Source: Pirellulales bacterium (GTDB taxonomy: Bacteria; Planctomycetota; Planctomycetia; Pirellulales; PALSA-1355). From it: a DNA stretch of 64,000 nucleotides. Location of the stretch: the NCBI GenBank assembly GCA_050250435.1, contig JBFWOR010000005.1, positions 50,401 to 114,400 on the forward strand, written 5' to 3'. The notes under the pieces were generated by a model. That model saw only the letters and a program-made list of their open reading frames with translations. It ran no database searches and had not been told where the DNA came from. A program made the position numbers and the translations under genes. This document shows positions 38,178 to 47,846 of the stretch, piece by piece; position 1 is the first letter of the stretch; each line of letters opens with the position of its first letter.

Positions 38178-39983
38178 ATGGCGTATTCGTCGATCGTGCG
38201 CGAAGAGGCTGCCCCTGCGCACCAGGAGAGCACCCAACCGGCGCCCTGGCCCGGCTCGCGGCAGATGCCGCGCTGGAACAGCGGCTCGCTGGTGGACGCT
38301 CCCCGCTTCACCTGGCGCAACTGGTTCGCCATGCTGGGGCCGGGTCTGCTGGTGGGCGGTTCAGCGATCGGCGGCGGCGAGTGGCTGGCCGGACCGGCCG
38401 TCACGGCCCGCTACGGCGGCGCGCTCATGTGGCTGGCCACGGTGAGCATTCTAGGCCAGGTGCTGTATAACGTCGAAATCAGCCGTTACGCGCTGTACAC
38501 CGGCGAGCCGATCTTTACCGGCAAGTTCCGAACATTGCCCGGCCCGCGCTTCTGGCTCTTCATCTATTTGCTCTTGGACTTTGGCGCGCTGTTTCCGTAT
38601 TTGGCGGCCAACGCCGCCACGCCGCTGGCGGCCGTCTATCTGGGCCGCATTCCGGCGGGGGCCGGCGACGAGACGCTGGTGCGCGGCCTGGGAATCGGCA
38701 TTTTCATCGTGGCCATGTTGCCGATGATCGTGGGCGGCAAAATCTACAACACGCTCAAGGGGCTGATGACGTTCAAAATCGTCAGCGTGCTGGGCTTCTT
38801 GCTGTTCGTGGCCATCTTCTTTTCCACGGCCGCTACCTGGCGCGAAATCCTCACCGGTTTCGTCCGCGTAGGCACGGTGCCGGTGGAGCAAGGCGAAGAC
38901 GCCAACGGCAACGGCGTGCTCGACCCGGGCGAAGACTGGGACGGCGACGGCCGGCTGGACGTGGTTGAAGAACGATTGCCTGCTTCGGTCGATTCGAACG
39001 GCGACGGCCAGGCGGACGCCTGGGCCGACGTGAACGGCGACGGCCGGCCCGACAAGTTTCGCGACGTGGACGGAGACGGCGTGCGCGACGGCGACAGCAC
39101 CGACAACATTTTCGTGTCGCTGTTCGAAGGCCGCGGCATGCCGAAGATTGATTTCAGCACCATCGCGCTGTTGGCGGCGTTTACCGCGGTCGCCGGCTGC
39201 GGCGGCTTGTCGAACACGCCCATCAGCAACTACACGCGCGATCAAGGCTGGGGCATGGGGCATCACGTGGGCGCCATTCCCAGCATGATCGGCGGCCACA
39301 ATATCGAGTTGTCGCACGTCGGCATGGTCTTCAAGCCCACTGTCGAGTCGTTGCCGCGCTGGCGGCGCTGGCTGCATCACGTGCGGCGCGACCAGTTGGC
39401 CGTTTGGATGCCGGCCTGTTTGTTGGGCATGGCCTTACCCAGCATGCTGTCCGTGCAGTTTTTGCGGCGGGGCACCGAGGTGAGCGACTGGTACGCGGCG
39501 GGCATGACCGCCGACGGCGTCAGTCGCTCCGTGGGCGACGCGTGGGGCGTTACGGCTGGGTCGACCTTCTGGTACCTCACGCTGTTGTGTGGCTTTATGG
39601 TGTTGGGTCCGGGTATGACCACTTCTGCTGACGGAGCGATCCGTCGCTGGGTCGACGTCATCTGGACTTCCAGCCGCCGCTTGCGAGCGCTCGATCCCAA
39701 GCGCATCCGCGTCGTCTACTTCAGCGTGTTGCTGTGCTACATGGGAATTGGCCTGGTGCTGCTCTCCTTCGGCAAACCGCTGGGACTGCTGAAAGTGGCC
39801 ACGCTGATCATGAACTTTGCGCTGGGTTTCAGTTGCTTCCACACGCTGGTGATCAACCTCACGCTATTGCCCCGCGAGCTGCGGCCCGGCTGGTTTGTCC
39901 GCTGTGGCATGTTGATCGCGGGTATCTTCTTCCTGACGCTGGCCACGATCACGGCGATCGAGACGGCGCGATCGTGGTCGTAA
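38178..39983 (+). CDS. APC-superfamily (Nramp-annotated type) transporter with DxDxDG repeat insertion
   Basis: LGPGLLVGGSAIGGGEW TM1, NVEISRYALYTGE, about 11 TMs. Acidic insert at about 38898-39095. Confidence 0.8.
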   Translation: MAYSSIVREEAAPAHQESTQPAPWPGSRQMPRWNSGSLVDAPRFTWRNWFAMLGPGLLVGGSAIGGGEWLAGPAVTARYGGALMWLATVSILGQVLYNVEISRYALYTGEPIFTGKFRTLPGPRFWLFIYLLLDFGALFPYLAANAATPLAAVYLGRIPAGAGDETLVRGLGIGIFIVAMLPMIVGGKIYNTLKGLMTFKIVSVLGFLLFVAIFFSTAATWREILTGFVRVGTVPVEQGEDANGNGVLDPGEDWDGDGRLDVVEERLPASVDSNGDGQADAWADVNGDGRPDKFRDVDGDGVRDGDSTDNIFVSLFEGRGMPKIDFSTIALLAAFTAVAGCGGLSNTPISNYTRDQGWGMGHHVGAIPSMIGGHNIELSHVGMVFKPTVESLPRWRRWLHHVRRDQLAVWMPACLLGMALPSMLSVQFLRRGTEVSDWYAAGMTADGVSRSVGDAWGVTAGSTFWYLTLLCGFMVLGPGMTTSADGAIRRWVDVIWTSSRRLRALDPKRIRVVYFSVLLCYMGIGLVLLSFGKPLGLLKVATLIMNFALGFSCFHTLVINLTLLPRELRPGWFVRCGMLIAGIFFLTLATITAIETARSWS

Positions 39984-40080
39984 CGGCCTGCGAGCGCGTG
40001 GTCCCGTGCCGTTATATGGCCGACCCGCTGGATTTTCCGTACGGCCGCTCGTTTCCACCGGCAAACGGCGCATTTGGCAG

Positions 40081-40109
40081 GGAACTTCGGCTCACCCGCG
40101 GGCGTCCAA
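40081..40109 (+). promoter_or_regulatory. Putative ECF (sigmaE-type) promoter
   Basis: GGAACTT-N16-GTCCAA upstream of the DUF4139 gene. Confidence 0.5.
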
Positions 40110-40187
40110 AAAGCTAGAATTACCCGTCAGGGGCGGCGGCCGGAATTCGTATCCGCGCCCGGCGAATCCGGAACTAGGAGGACAGCG

Positions 40188-42329
40188 ATGAAGTCGACCC
40201 AATTGATCGCGTGCGTGCTGCGTGGAATCTGCGCCCTGGCCGTGGGCGCGTGCCTGTTGACGCCCGTGGTCGCCGTGGCTCAGGAAGCCAAGCCGGCGGC
40301 CGAAAAGGCCGAAGCCGCGCTGCCGCTGGCGCGGGTGGTGATGTTCAACTCCGGCGTGGGCTATTTCGAGCACCAGGGCCAGGTTACCGGCGACGCCAAA
40401 ATCGACTTGCAGTTCCGCGTCGACGATATCAACGATCTGCTCAAGAGTATGATCCTGGAGGATCGCGGCGGCGGCACGATTTCGACCGTCACCTACGGCT
40501 CGCGGGATCCGATCACCAAGACCCTGCAGACGTTCGCCATCGACCTGACCGAGAATCCCACGCTGGGCGCCATTCTGGACCAGGTGCGCGGCGAGCAGCT
40601 GCAGGTCGACGCGCCCAATCCCATCACCGGCGTCCTGCTGGGCGTGGAAAAGCGCAAAAAAGAAGTGGGCAAGGATGAGACGGTCGTCGAGGAAGAGTTT
40701 CTGAATCTGCTGACCGACGCCGGCATGCGCAGCGTGCCCATGCAGTCGATCAGCCGCATCAAGCTCGTCAACGAAAAGCTGGATGCCGAGTTGCGGCAGG
40801 CGCTCGCCGTGCTGGCCGGCGCCCACAACACGGACAAAAAGACCGTCACGCTCGATCTGCTGGGCAATGGGCAGCGGCCCGTCCGCGTGGGCTATGTGCA
40901 GTCGACTCCCATTTGGAAGACCAGCTATCGCCTGGTGCTCGACGACAAAAAGCCGCCCTTCCTGCAAGGTTGGGCAATCGTTGAGAACACCACCGAGGGC
41001 GACTGGAACGACGTGGCGTTGACCCTGGTCAGCGGCCGGCCGATTTCCTACACCATGGATCTCTACGAGCCGCTCTACGTTACGCGTCCTACCGAGCGGT
41101 TGAACCTGTTTGCCTCACTGCAGGCGCAGCGCTATGGCCAGGACATGGACAAGCCGGACGGTGGCATCGCCGCCGGTGCGACGGACGACCGATCGGGCAA
41201 GCTCGCGGCACGCCAACGTTCGATGCTTTCACGCAGCTCGCGCGCCCAAGCAGAGGCTCTCGCAGAGCCGCAGGCTCCGGCGGCAGGCGCGCCACCGGCA
41301 GACGCGCCAACGCCTGAGGAGTCCAGCAACTTTGCGTACATCGCCAGCCAACCGTCGGCCGCGGCCGGCGAAGTGGGCGAACTGTTCCAATACAAGATCG
41401 ACGCGCCGGTCACGCTCGCGCGCCAGAAATCGGCCATGCTGCCGATCGTCAACGAGCACGTCAAAGGCGAAAAAGTATCGATCTACAATCCGGCCGTGCA
41501 GCCCAAGCATCCGCTAAACGGCCTGCGCTTGGTCAATTCGACCGACCTGCACCTGATGCAAGGGCCCATCACCGTGTTCGACGGCGGGGCCTACGCGGGC
41601 GACGCCATCATCGAGGACATCTCTCCGCATAGCGAGCGGCTGATCAGCTACGCGCTCGACCTGCAAACGGAAGTCGCGCCCGAAGGCAAAGGCCATCCGG
41701 AGCAGTTGGTGAGCGTGAAGATTGCCAAGGGCACGATGCACGTGGCCCGCAAACTGACGCGCGAACAGATTTATGCGGTGAAGAATTCGGACGACAAGGC
41801 CAAGACGGTGCTGATCGAGCAGCCGTTTGACCCCAGTTGGAAACTGGTCGTCCCGAAAGAGCCTGCCGAAAGGACGCGCGACCGCTATCGCTTCGCCGTG
41901 CAGGCCGAACCGGGCAAGGTGGCCAAGCTGAGCGTGCAGGAAGAGCAAGTGATCAGCCAGCAACTGGCCCTGACGAACCTGGACGACGGGGCGATCCTGT
42001 ATTTCTCGAACGCCAAGGAAGTGAGCCCGCAGGTGAAGGCCGCGCTGCAAGAGGTGATCAAGCGCAAGCAGGCGATTGAGCAAGTCACGCAAGAGCGCGA
42101 CCGGCTGTCGCAGCAGGTGAACACCATCACGGAAGAGCAGAACCGGATTCGCCAGAACATGGCGCAGCTGGATCGCAACACGGATCTCTACAAGCGGTAC
42201 GTCGAAAAGTTCGGCGCCCAGGAAGACTCGGTCGAGAAAATCCGCACGCAGGTCGACAGGCTCAACGCCGACGAGGCGCAGCTGCGGCGGGCGCTGGACG
42301 ACTATCTGCTCGGCCTCGACATCGCCTAG
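40188..42329 (+). CDS. Exported DUF4139-like domain protein with C-terminal coiled coil
   Basis: Signal peptide, VVMFNSGVGYFEH, INDLLKS, PIWKTSYRL, LQGWAIVENTT.DW.V.LTLVSGRP, SAMLPI. AGGAGG SD. Confidence 0.85.
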   Translation: MKSTQLIACVLRGICALAVGACLLTPVVAVAQEAKPAAEKAEAALPLARVVMFNSGVGYFEHQGQVTGDAKIDLQFRVDDINDLLKSMILEDRGGGTISTVTYGSRDPITKTLQTFAIDLTENPTLGAILDQVRGEQLQVDAPNPITGVLLGVEKRKKEVGKDETVVEEEFLNLLTDAGMRSVPMQSISRIKLVNEKLDAELRQALAVLAGAHNTDKKTVTLDLLGNGQRPVRVGYVQSTPIWKTSYRLVLDDKKPPFLQGWAIVENTTEGDWNDVALTLVSGRPISYTMDLYEPLYVTRPTERLNLFASLQAQRYGQDMDKPDGGIAAGATDDRSGKLAARQRSMLSRSSRAQAEALAEPQAPAAGAPPADAPTPEESSNFAYIASQPSAAAGEVGELFQYKIDAPVTLARQKSAMLPIVNEHVKGEKVSIYNPAVQPKHPLNGLRLVNSTDLHLMQGPITVFDGGAYAGDAIIEDISPHSERLISYALDLQTEVAPEGKGHPEQLVSVKIAKGTMHVARKLTREQIYAVKNSDDKAKTVLIEQPFDPSWKLVVPKEPAERTRDRYRFAVQAEPGKVAKLSVQEEQVISQQLALTNLDDGAILYFSNAKEVSPQVKAALQEVIKRKQAIEQVTQERDRLSQQVNTITEEQNRIRQNMAQLDRNTDLYKRYVEKFGAQEDSVEKIRTQVDRLNADEAQLRRALDDYLLGLDIA

Positions 42330-42371
42330 TTGGTGAATCGCGGCTGGCCCTCATCGCGAAAGGAGTGCCCC

Positions 42372-43163
42372 GTGACGCGCTCGATTCTGGCGATCTGTCT
42401 GTGCATGGCATCGTGGGCCGCCGTGCCCGCGGACGAGCCATTCAATACGCCGGTTCGCATTGCCGAATTGGAAGGCGACTGGCAGCTCGACGTGCCGCCG
42501 GGCGCCTATCAGCAGATGCTGTCGCTGTCGCCGGGTGGACGCGGACTCTGGTATCAGAACCAGCGAACCCTGCCCTTTAGTTTCGCCTGGTTTGTCGAGG
42601 AACGGGAGCTCGTTCTGTTCTACTACGACAACCCAGGCAACTTTCAATTCAAAGTCGCCGAGAAGCGACTCGCCTACGAATTGAGTGCCGACCCGGCAAC
42701 GCAGCGGCCGCCCCGCCCTGCGGATCCAGGTCGACCGCGACGCGCCGCGGTCATCAAGAACATGCTGACCATTCAGGATGGCGACGAGAAGCTGGTATTC
42801 CGGCGCAGCACGCTGCAACCGAAGTTCGATCCGAACCTGGGTGGCCTGCAATTGCAACTAAGCAACGACCAGGCTGTCGCCACCACGGCGATGGTGCTCG
42901 ACGCCGCGGGCAAAGACGTTCTCCTGGTGCCTCACCTGACGAATCTTGCCACGTACCGCCAAGGCGCCTATTGGGAATTTCCGCCGGGAAAGTACACCGT
43001 GATGGCGGCCTCGCAGGGCAAGCCAGTGGTGAAACAAACGCTGGAGCTGGTGGCAGGCCGTGAAACGCCGGTTCAGGTATACTTCGAGGGAAACCGGTCG
43101 CGCGTCACCGTGGGCGAGCCACGCGACAAGCACGGCAACCACTTCGATGACGAGACACCATGA
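42372..43163 (+). CDS. Exported hypothetical protein
   Basis: GTG start after AAGGAG, signal-like SILAICLCMASWAA, LEGDWQL and PPGKYTV (PEGA/carboxypeptidase-regulatory-like) segments. Stop overlaps the next ATG. Confidence 0.65.
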   Translation: MTRSILAICLCMASWAAVPADEPFNTPVRIAELEGDWQLDVPPGAYQQMLSLSPGGRGLWYQNQRTLPFSFAWFVEERELVLFYYDNPGNFQFKVAEKRLAYELSADPATQRPPRPADPGRPRRAAVIKNMLTIQDGDEKLVFRRSTLQPKFDPNLGGLQLQLSNDQAVATTAMVLDAAGKDVLLVPHLTNLATYRQGAYWEFPPGKYTVMAASQGKPVVKQTLELVAGRETPVQVYFEGNRSRVTVGEPRDKHGNHFDDETP

Positions 43164-44149
43164 GCGAGCGCAACCAGCGACCAACGGACCCGCAAACCGC
43201 CGGCGACATTTCGCAGCAACCTATCTCGCGGCGCGAATTGCTCAAGGCCGGTGCCGTCGTGGCCGGCACTGCGCCGCTGTGGATGGCAAATGTTGCGGCA
43301 GGGGCAGCGGACCTGTCCACGGATGGCATCGACGCGCACTCGCACGTCTGGACGCCCGACGTCCAGCGCTATCCGCTGGCCGCGAGCTTCAAGGTGGCCG
43401 ACATGTTGCCGCCCAGCTTCACGCCCGAGCAACTGCTGGCCCAGGCGAACCCTTGCGGCGTGGCCCGCGTGGTGCTGATTCAGATGAGCTACTACCGCTT
43501 CGACAATCGCTACATGCTCGATTGCATGCACGCCACGCCGGGCACGTTCTCCGGCGTGGCCGTGATCGACCACCAGGCCCAGGGCGTGCGCGACACAATG
43601 CGCGAGCTCAAGCGGCAGGGCGTGCGCGGCTTTCGCATTCATCCCGGCACGGAAGCTGTCGAGCCGTGGCTGGCGAGTGACGCCATGGCGGCTCTGTGGC
43701 ATCAGGGGGCAAACGAGAACCTGGCGATGTGCGCGCTGGTGAATCCCGAGGCCCTCGGGCCGCTCGACCAGATGTGCCAGCGCCATCCGCGAACGCCGGT
43801 CGTGATCGATCACTTTGCGCGGATCGGCGTGGATGGAACCGTGCGCGACCAGGATGTCGAGAGCTTATGCCGCTTGGCGCGGCACGAGCGGACGCACGTC
43901 AAGATTTCAGCCTTCTATGCGCTTGGCAAAAAGCAGGCGCCGTACCTCGACCTGGCGCCGATGATCCGCCGATTGCGCGATGCGTATGGAGCCGAGCGCT
44001 TGATGTGGGCGACGGACTGCCCGTACCAGGTGGAACACGGCCACACCTATCGCGACTCGATTGAGCTGGTTCGCAGCCGGCTCGATTTTCTGTCCGACGA
44101 CGAGCGCGCTTGGCTATTGCGGAAAACGGCCGAGCGCGTGTTTTTCTAA
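43160..44149 (+). CDS. Amidohydrolase family 2 protein with Tat signal
   Basis: SRRELLK, IDAHSHVW, GVRGFR, VVIDHFA, VKIS, LMWATDCP. Confidence 0.9.
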   Translation: MSERNQRPTDPQTAGDISQQPISRRELLKAGAVVAGTAPLWMANVAAGAADLSTDGIDAHSHVWTPDVQRYPLAASFKVADMLPPSFTPEQLLAQANPCGVARVVLIQMSYYRFDNRYMLDCMHATPGTFSGVAVIDHQAQGVRDTMRELKRQGVRGFRIHPGTEAVEPWLASDAMAALWHQGANENLAMCALVNPEALGPLDQMCQRHPRTPVVIDHFARIGVDGTVRDQDVESLCRLARHERTHVKISAFYALGKKQAPYLDLAPMIRRLRDAYGAERLMWATDCPYQVEHGHTYRDSIELVRSRLDFLSDDERAWLLRKTAERVFF

Positions 44150-44188
44150 CTAAGAGCCTGGCCGCACCGCGTCACCAAAAATCCCTCG

Positions 44189-45619
44189 CTACTCGTACTC
44201 CCACTTGCTGATCCAGGGATCGCTCGTGCGCTCCTGAAACGCTCGCAGCCTGGCCTTGAGCGCGTCGAGCGTTGCGGCGTGGGCGCTCTCGCCGGCCAGG
44301 TTGGTCGTCTCGTCCGGATCGGCAGTCAGATCGTAGAGTTCGAACTCGGGCCGGTGCAGGTAGCGGCCCACGGTCCGTTTGCCGTAGGGTGAGTCGGGGC
44401 CCTTGGCAAGCGCCTCCTGCCAGGTGGCCGATTTGTACAGGTCGGACGCCGACGGATACGGCAGCGGATGCGCCAGGTTCCAGATCAGCTTGAATTGCCG
44501 CGTGCGCACCACGCGCATGGGATAGTACATGGTGATTTCGTGGAACGTGTGCGACGCGTAGGTTTCATCGAAACCTGGCGGATCGGCCTGTTCGAGCACA
44601 CTCAAGAGCGAACGGCCGTGCAGTCCCGGCCCTGTGGCACTAGCGCCGGCGAATTCGAGCACGGTGGGCGCGATATCCGTCCAGTTCACGAGCGCGCTTG
44701 ATTGCACACCGCGCGACTTCGCCTGAGGATGGCGCACCAGACAGGGCAATCGCAGCCCCGGCTCATAGGTCGTTGTTTTCGCGCCGGGAAACGCAATGCC
44801 GTTGTCCGAGATGAAGATCACCAGCGTGTCGTCCCAGTGGCCCGAGTCTTTGAGCACTTGCACCAGCCGGCCCACGCCCTGATCGAGCCGGTTCGCCGAT
44901 TGATAGTATTGCGCCAACTCTGCCCGGCTCACCTCCGTGTCCGGCAGGCACGCGGGCACAGTTACTTTCGCCGGGTCGAATTGCTCGGGCGTGATGTGCG
45001 GATGGTTGCCTTCATTGCCGAAGACGTTGGGTCGCAATGGCGCCGGGCCCACGCCGCCGCCGCGGTGCGGATCGGTCGTGCAGAAGTACAGGAAAAACGG
45101 CCGCTTGTCGTCGGCGGTCAAAAACGCGCGGCAGTTGTTGGCCATCTGCACGCCGTTGCGCGGATTGCCCGGCAAGGCTTCGTCGAAAGGATACACGGCT
45201 TCCGGCGCCACGTGAAACTTGCCGATGCGGGCCGTACGATAGCCGGCCTTCGACAACCGCGCCGGCAGCGAGACGACACGATCGAACGAACTGAAGTGAT
45301 GTTCCGCGTGTTGCAGGCCGTATTGGCCAGTGGCGTGGTTGTACATGCCGCTCAAGATCACCGAGCGACTGGCGCTGCAGCTGGCGGTGGTGCAAAAGGC
45401 GTGGGTGAACAGCGTGCCCTCGGCGGCCAGGCGATCGAGGTTTGGTGTTCTGGCCGTGGTGTCGCCGTAGCACCCCAGCGTGCGGCCGAGATCGTCGGCC
45501 ACGATCAGCACTACGTTTTTGGCCGTCGCGTTCTTCGCCGGGGCGGCGGTTGCGGAAGCGTGGGCGCCCATCCAGCAGGCGATCAGGGCGGCAATAGCAA
45601 GCCAGCGCGCAACAAACAT
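44189..45619 (-). CDS. Sulfatase, N-sulfoglucosamine sulfohydrolase-like
   Basis: NVVLIVADDLG, CSASRSVILSG, GKFHV, DPHR, SDNG, SHTFHEITMYYPMR (sulfamidase-like). Confidence 0.92.
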   Translation of the reverse strand: MFVARWLAIAALIACWMGAHASATAAPAKNATAKNVVLIVADDLGRTLGCYGDTTARTPNLDRLAAEGTLFTHAFCTTASCSASRSVILSGMYNHATGQYGLQHAEHHFSSFDRVVSLPARLSKAGYRTARIGKFHVAPEAVYPFDEALPGNPRNGVQMANNCRAFLTADDKRPFFLYFCTTDPHRGGGVGPAPLRPNVFGNEGNHPHITPEQFDPAKVTVPACLPDTEVSRAELAQYYQSANRLDQGVGRLVQVLKDSGHWDDTLVIFISDNGIAFPGAKTTTYEPGLRLPCLVRHPQAKSRGVQSSALVNWTDIAPTVLEFAGASATGPGLHGRSLLSVLEQADPPGFDETYASHTFHEITMYYPMRVVRTRQFKLIWNLAHPLPYPSASDLYKSATWQEALAKGPDSPYGKRTVGRYLHRPEFELYDLTADPDETTNLAGESAHAATLDALKARLRAFQERTSDPWISKWEYE

Positions 45620-45717
45620 ACGTGCACCTCGGTCAGGGTACGGGTGATGCTTAACATGGTCCAATATGGTCGCCCGCCGGGATTGGTTCAAGCCGTCGCT
45701 CACGAGCCGCTTGCGAG

Positions 45718-47724
45718 TCACCCGAGCGGCCGCAAAACAATGCCGCGACCGCGCACGTCGTGCTCGACGAGCGTCGTTTCCTTATCGGTGCCGCGCCACA
45801 CACGCCACAGTTGCAGGGCAATGGGAACCTCCACACCCCCGCGCTCGACATAGCACGTCGACCCTGCAGCGCCGTCGCCCACCATGAACTCGGCCCTGAG
45901 ACAATGGCGAGCGTCGTAGATGGCGAGCATCGGTGGGTGCGATGCACTGTCAGTCGGCGACGAGCGGCCGACGAGCACGCAATTCGTGAAATCGACGTCG
46001 GCGAAGTACTCGCGGCAGATGGCACGGATGGACGCCGGATCGTAGTGGCACATCACCCCTTCCAGCGAGCGCCGCGTACTGCGGACGACAACGAAATCCG
46101 GCGCGGCCTGGCGCGCATCGGCCAAGGAGACCACGCCGGGGCGCTGCGTCAATTCGAGGCCCGCAATCGGGACGCCCGGCAACGCGAGCGCTGCAACGGC
46201 GCCCATCCGTCGCACGTGCGAATCTGTCGGTAACCAGCCGGCGCGCTCAAGTTCTGCCAATCGGCGCACGATGATCGAGCGGCTGATAGTCACATACGAG
46301 ACCAGCGGCGTGCGATCGACTTCGCCCGCCTGCCTGGCGATTCCCAACGGCCGGTCGAGAAACGTGGCCGTACCCAGTTCGCTTAGCTCCACGGCGTGTG
46401 CAAGATCCGCAATGCTCGCGTCCAGTACAACCCGGGCCTGAGGCGTGAGCAACGGCGCAAGCGGGTCGCCCGCAAACAGCGTCTTGCGACGCTTGCCCGG
46501 TTGGACGATTTGCTCCTCGGCCACGCGGGCGAACGAAGGCGGCAGCACGCGCTGACTTTCCCCCTGCGAGGTCGGCGCATCGGGCACCCGATGGCCTTCA
46601 TAGTGCTGGCGCACCAGGCAAGCCTGACGACAGGCGCGGCGCCGCAGACGTCTGGCTGCCGCCGACGGTTGTGCTTCGCCCTCTTCGTCGAGCCACAAGT
46701 TCGCGTGCTCATCGACGAGCCGCAAATAGGTCTTTAACAGCGCGTCTAAGAACAATGCGTCGGGATAGTTCGCCCCAAAGTTATGAAAAGTCGTCAGGTC
46801 GAAAGCCGTCAGATGCCGGCACAAGGGCACCAGCATGGAGGCGATGAGATCGACCACAGCGACGGGGCCCACGGCGACCTCCGCCGCCAGGTGTTCCAGC
46901 AGCTGCACGAGCCGTCCGACAAACCCGGTGTAGGGAGACAGGGCCACGTTGTTGAACAGTTCGCGCAGCAGGGCGGATGGCGAGTGCGATTTCGCGCCGC
47001 CTGTCGCTGACACCAGCACCGCCGCAACCTGTGGCACTTGCGCGTCGTCCACCGCGCGCAATGCAACTTCCAGCGCCGTTGCGGCGACGCGCAGGGGCGA
47101 CTCGGCGCGCAAAACGTCCGCGAGCATGACCGTCGGGTCGCGCCAGCAATCGTGCTCGGTGCGGCACACGCCCGGCAGATAAGCCAACTGCCCGAGCGAG
47201 AAGGCGGGCAACGGCGATTCGAGCGACGTAATCGGCAAGCGGCTGGTGCCGACCACGGCCAGCCAGAGATACGTGCACAGCTCCCGCACCAGGCCCGCTT
47301 CGTCGAACCGTCTCAAATCCATCGTGCCGACCCATTCCCGGGCCCATTTCTCCGCCGGGCGACTGTCAATGACGCCAGGCGAGGATTCGTAGGCTTCATG
47401 GCCGTAAACGAGGATCTGCCGCACGACGCAGATTTCCTGCCGGCGCTCGTCCCAGTACAGCAAGACGAGTGGAGCCTCGCTGGGGGTCCCGCCCGCATCG
47501 ACAAACACACGCCACGACTGAAACGTTCTCGTCGCGCTGGAGTGAGCCGCATCGAGCAAATGGCCGCGAAACACTTCCCACGCGACTTCCTGCCGGGGCG
47601 TCTGCTCGATTCGCAAGCGACCCGGCGGCGGCACGAAGAAATGAGCCGTCGCAAGTACCGAATCAATCGCGCCCAGCACGGCTTCATCGTTCATCGGCGA
47701 GCTCGAAGACTGCGACAGCGGCAA
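45718..47724 (-). CDS. Large hypothetical protein
   Basis: 668-aa ORF filling the gap between the sulfatase and FAH genes, with globular composition. No family recognised. Start is 47724 or 47694. Confidence 0.75.
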   Translation of the reverse strand: MPLSQSSSSPMNDEAVLGAIDSVLATAHFFVPPPGRLRIEQTPRQEVAWEVFRGHLLDAAHSSATRTFQSWRVFVDAGGTPSEAPLVLLYWDERRQEICVVRQILVYGHEAYESSPGVIDSRPAEKWAREWVGTMDLRRFDEAGLVRELCTYLWLAVVGTSRLPITSLESPLPAFSLGQLAYLPGVCRTEHDCWRDPTVMLADVLRAESPLRVAATALEVALRAVDDAQVPQVAAVLVSATGGAKSHSPSALLRELFNNVALSPYTGFVGRLVQLLEHLAAEVAVGPVAVVDLIASMLVPLCRHLTAFDLTTFHNFGANYPDALFLDALLKTYLRLVDEHANLWLDEEGEAQPSAAARRLRRRACRQACLVRQHYEGHRVPDAPTSQGESQRVLPPSFARVAEEQIVQPGKRRKTLFAGDPLAPLLTPQARVVLDASIADLAHAVELSELGTATFLDRPLGIARQAGEVDRTPLVSYVTISRSIIVRRLAELERAGWLPTDSHVRRMGAVAALALPGVPIAGLELTQRPGVVSLADARQAAPDFVVVRSTRRSLEGVMCHYDPASIRAICREYFADVDFTNCVLVGRSSPTDSASHPPMLAIYDARHCLRAEFMVGDGAAGSTCYVERGGVEVPIALQLWRVWRGTDKETTLVEHDVRGRGIVLRPLG

Positions 47725-47846
47725 CTGGCTAAGGGCCGGACTGCGGAACGCGGCGCGCGAACGGCCCGGTCATTGACTCGCCGGCGCGGCGCCTGCACAA
47801 TCCAGCTTCGCACATTGTAGACCAATCGAGCCTGGTGAGTTGAGCG

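Noticed and set aside
38178-39983. Calling the transporter mntH
   Set aside because: The DPGN and MPH metal-binding motifs are absent.
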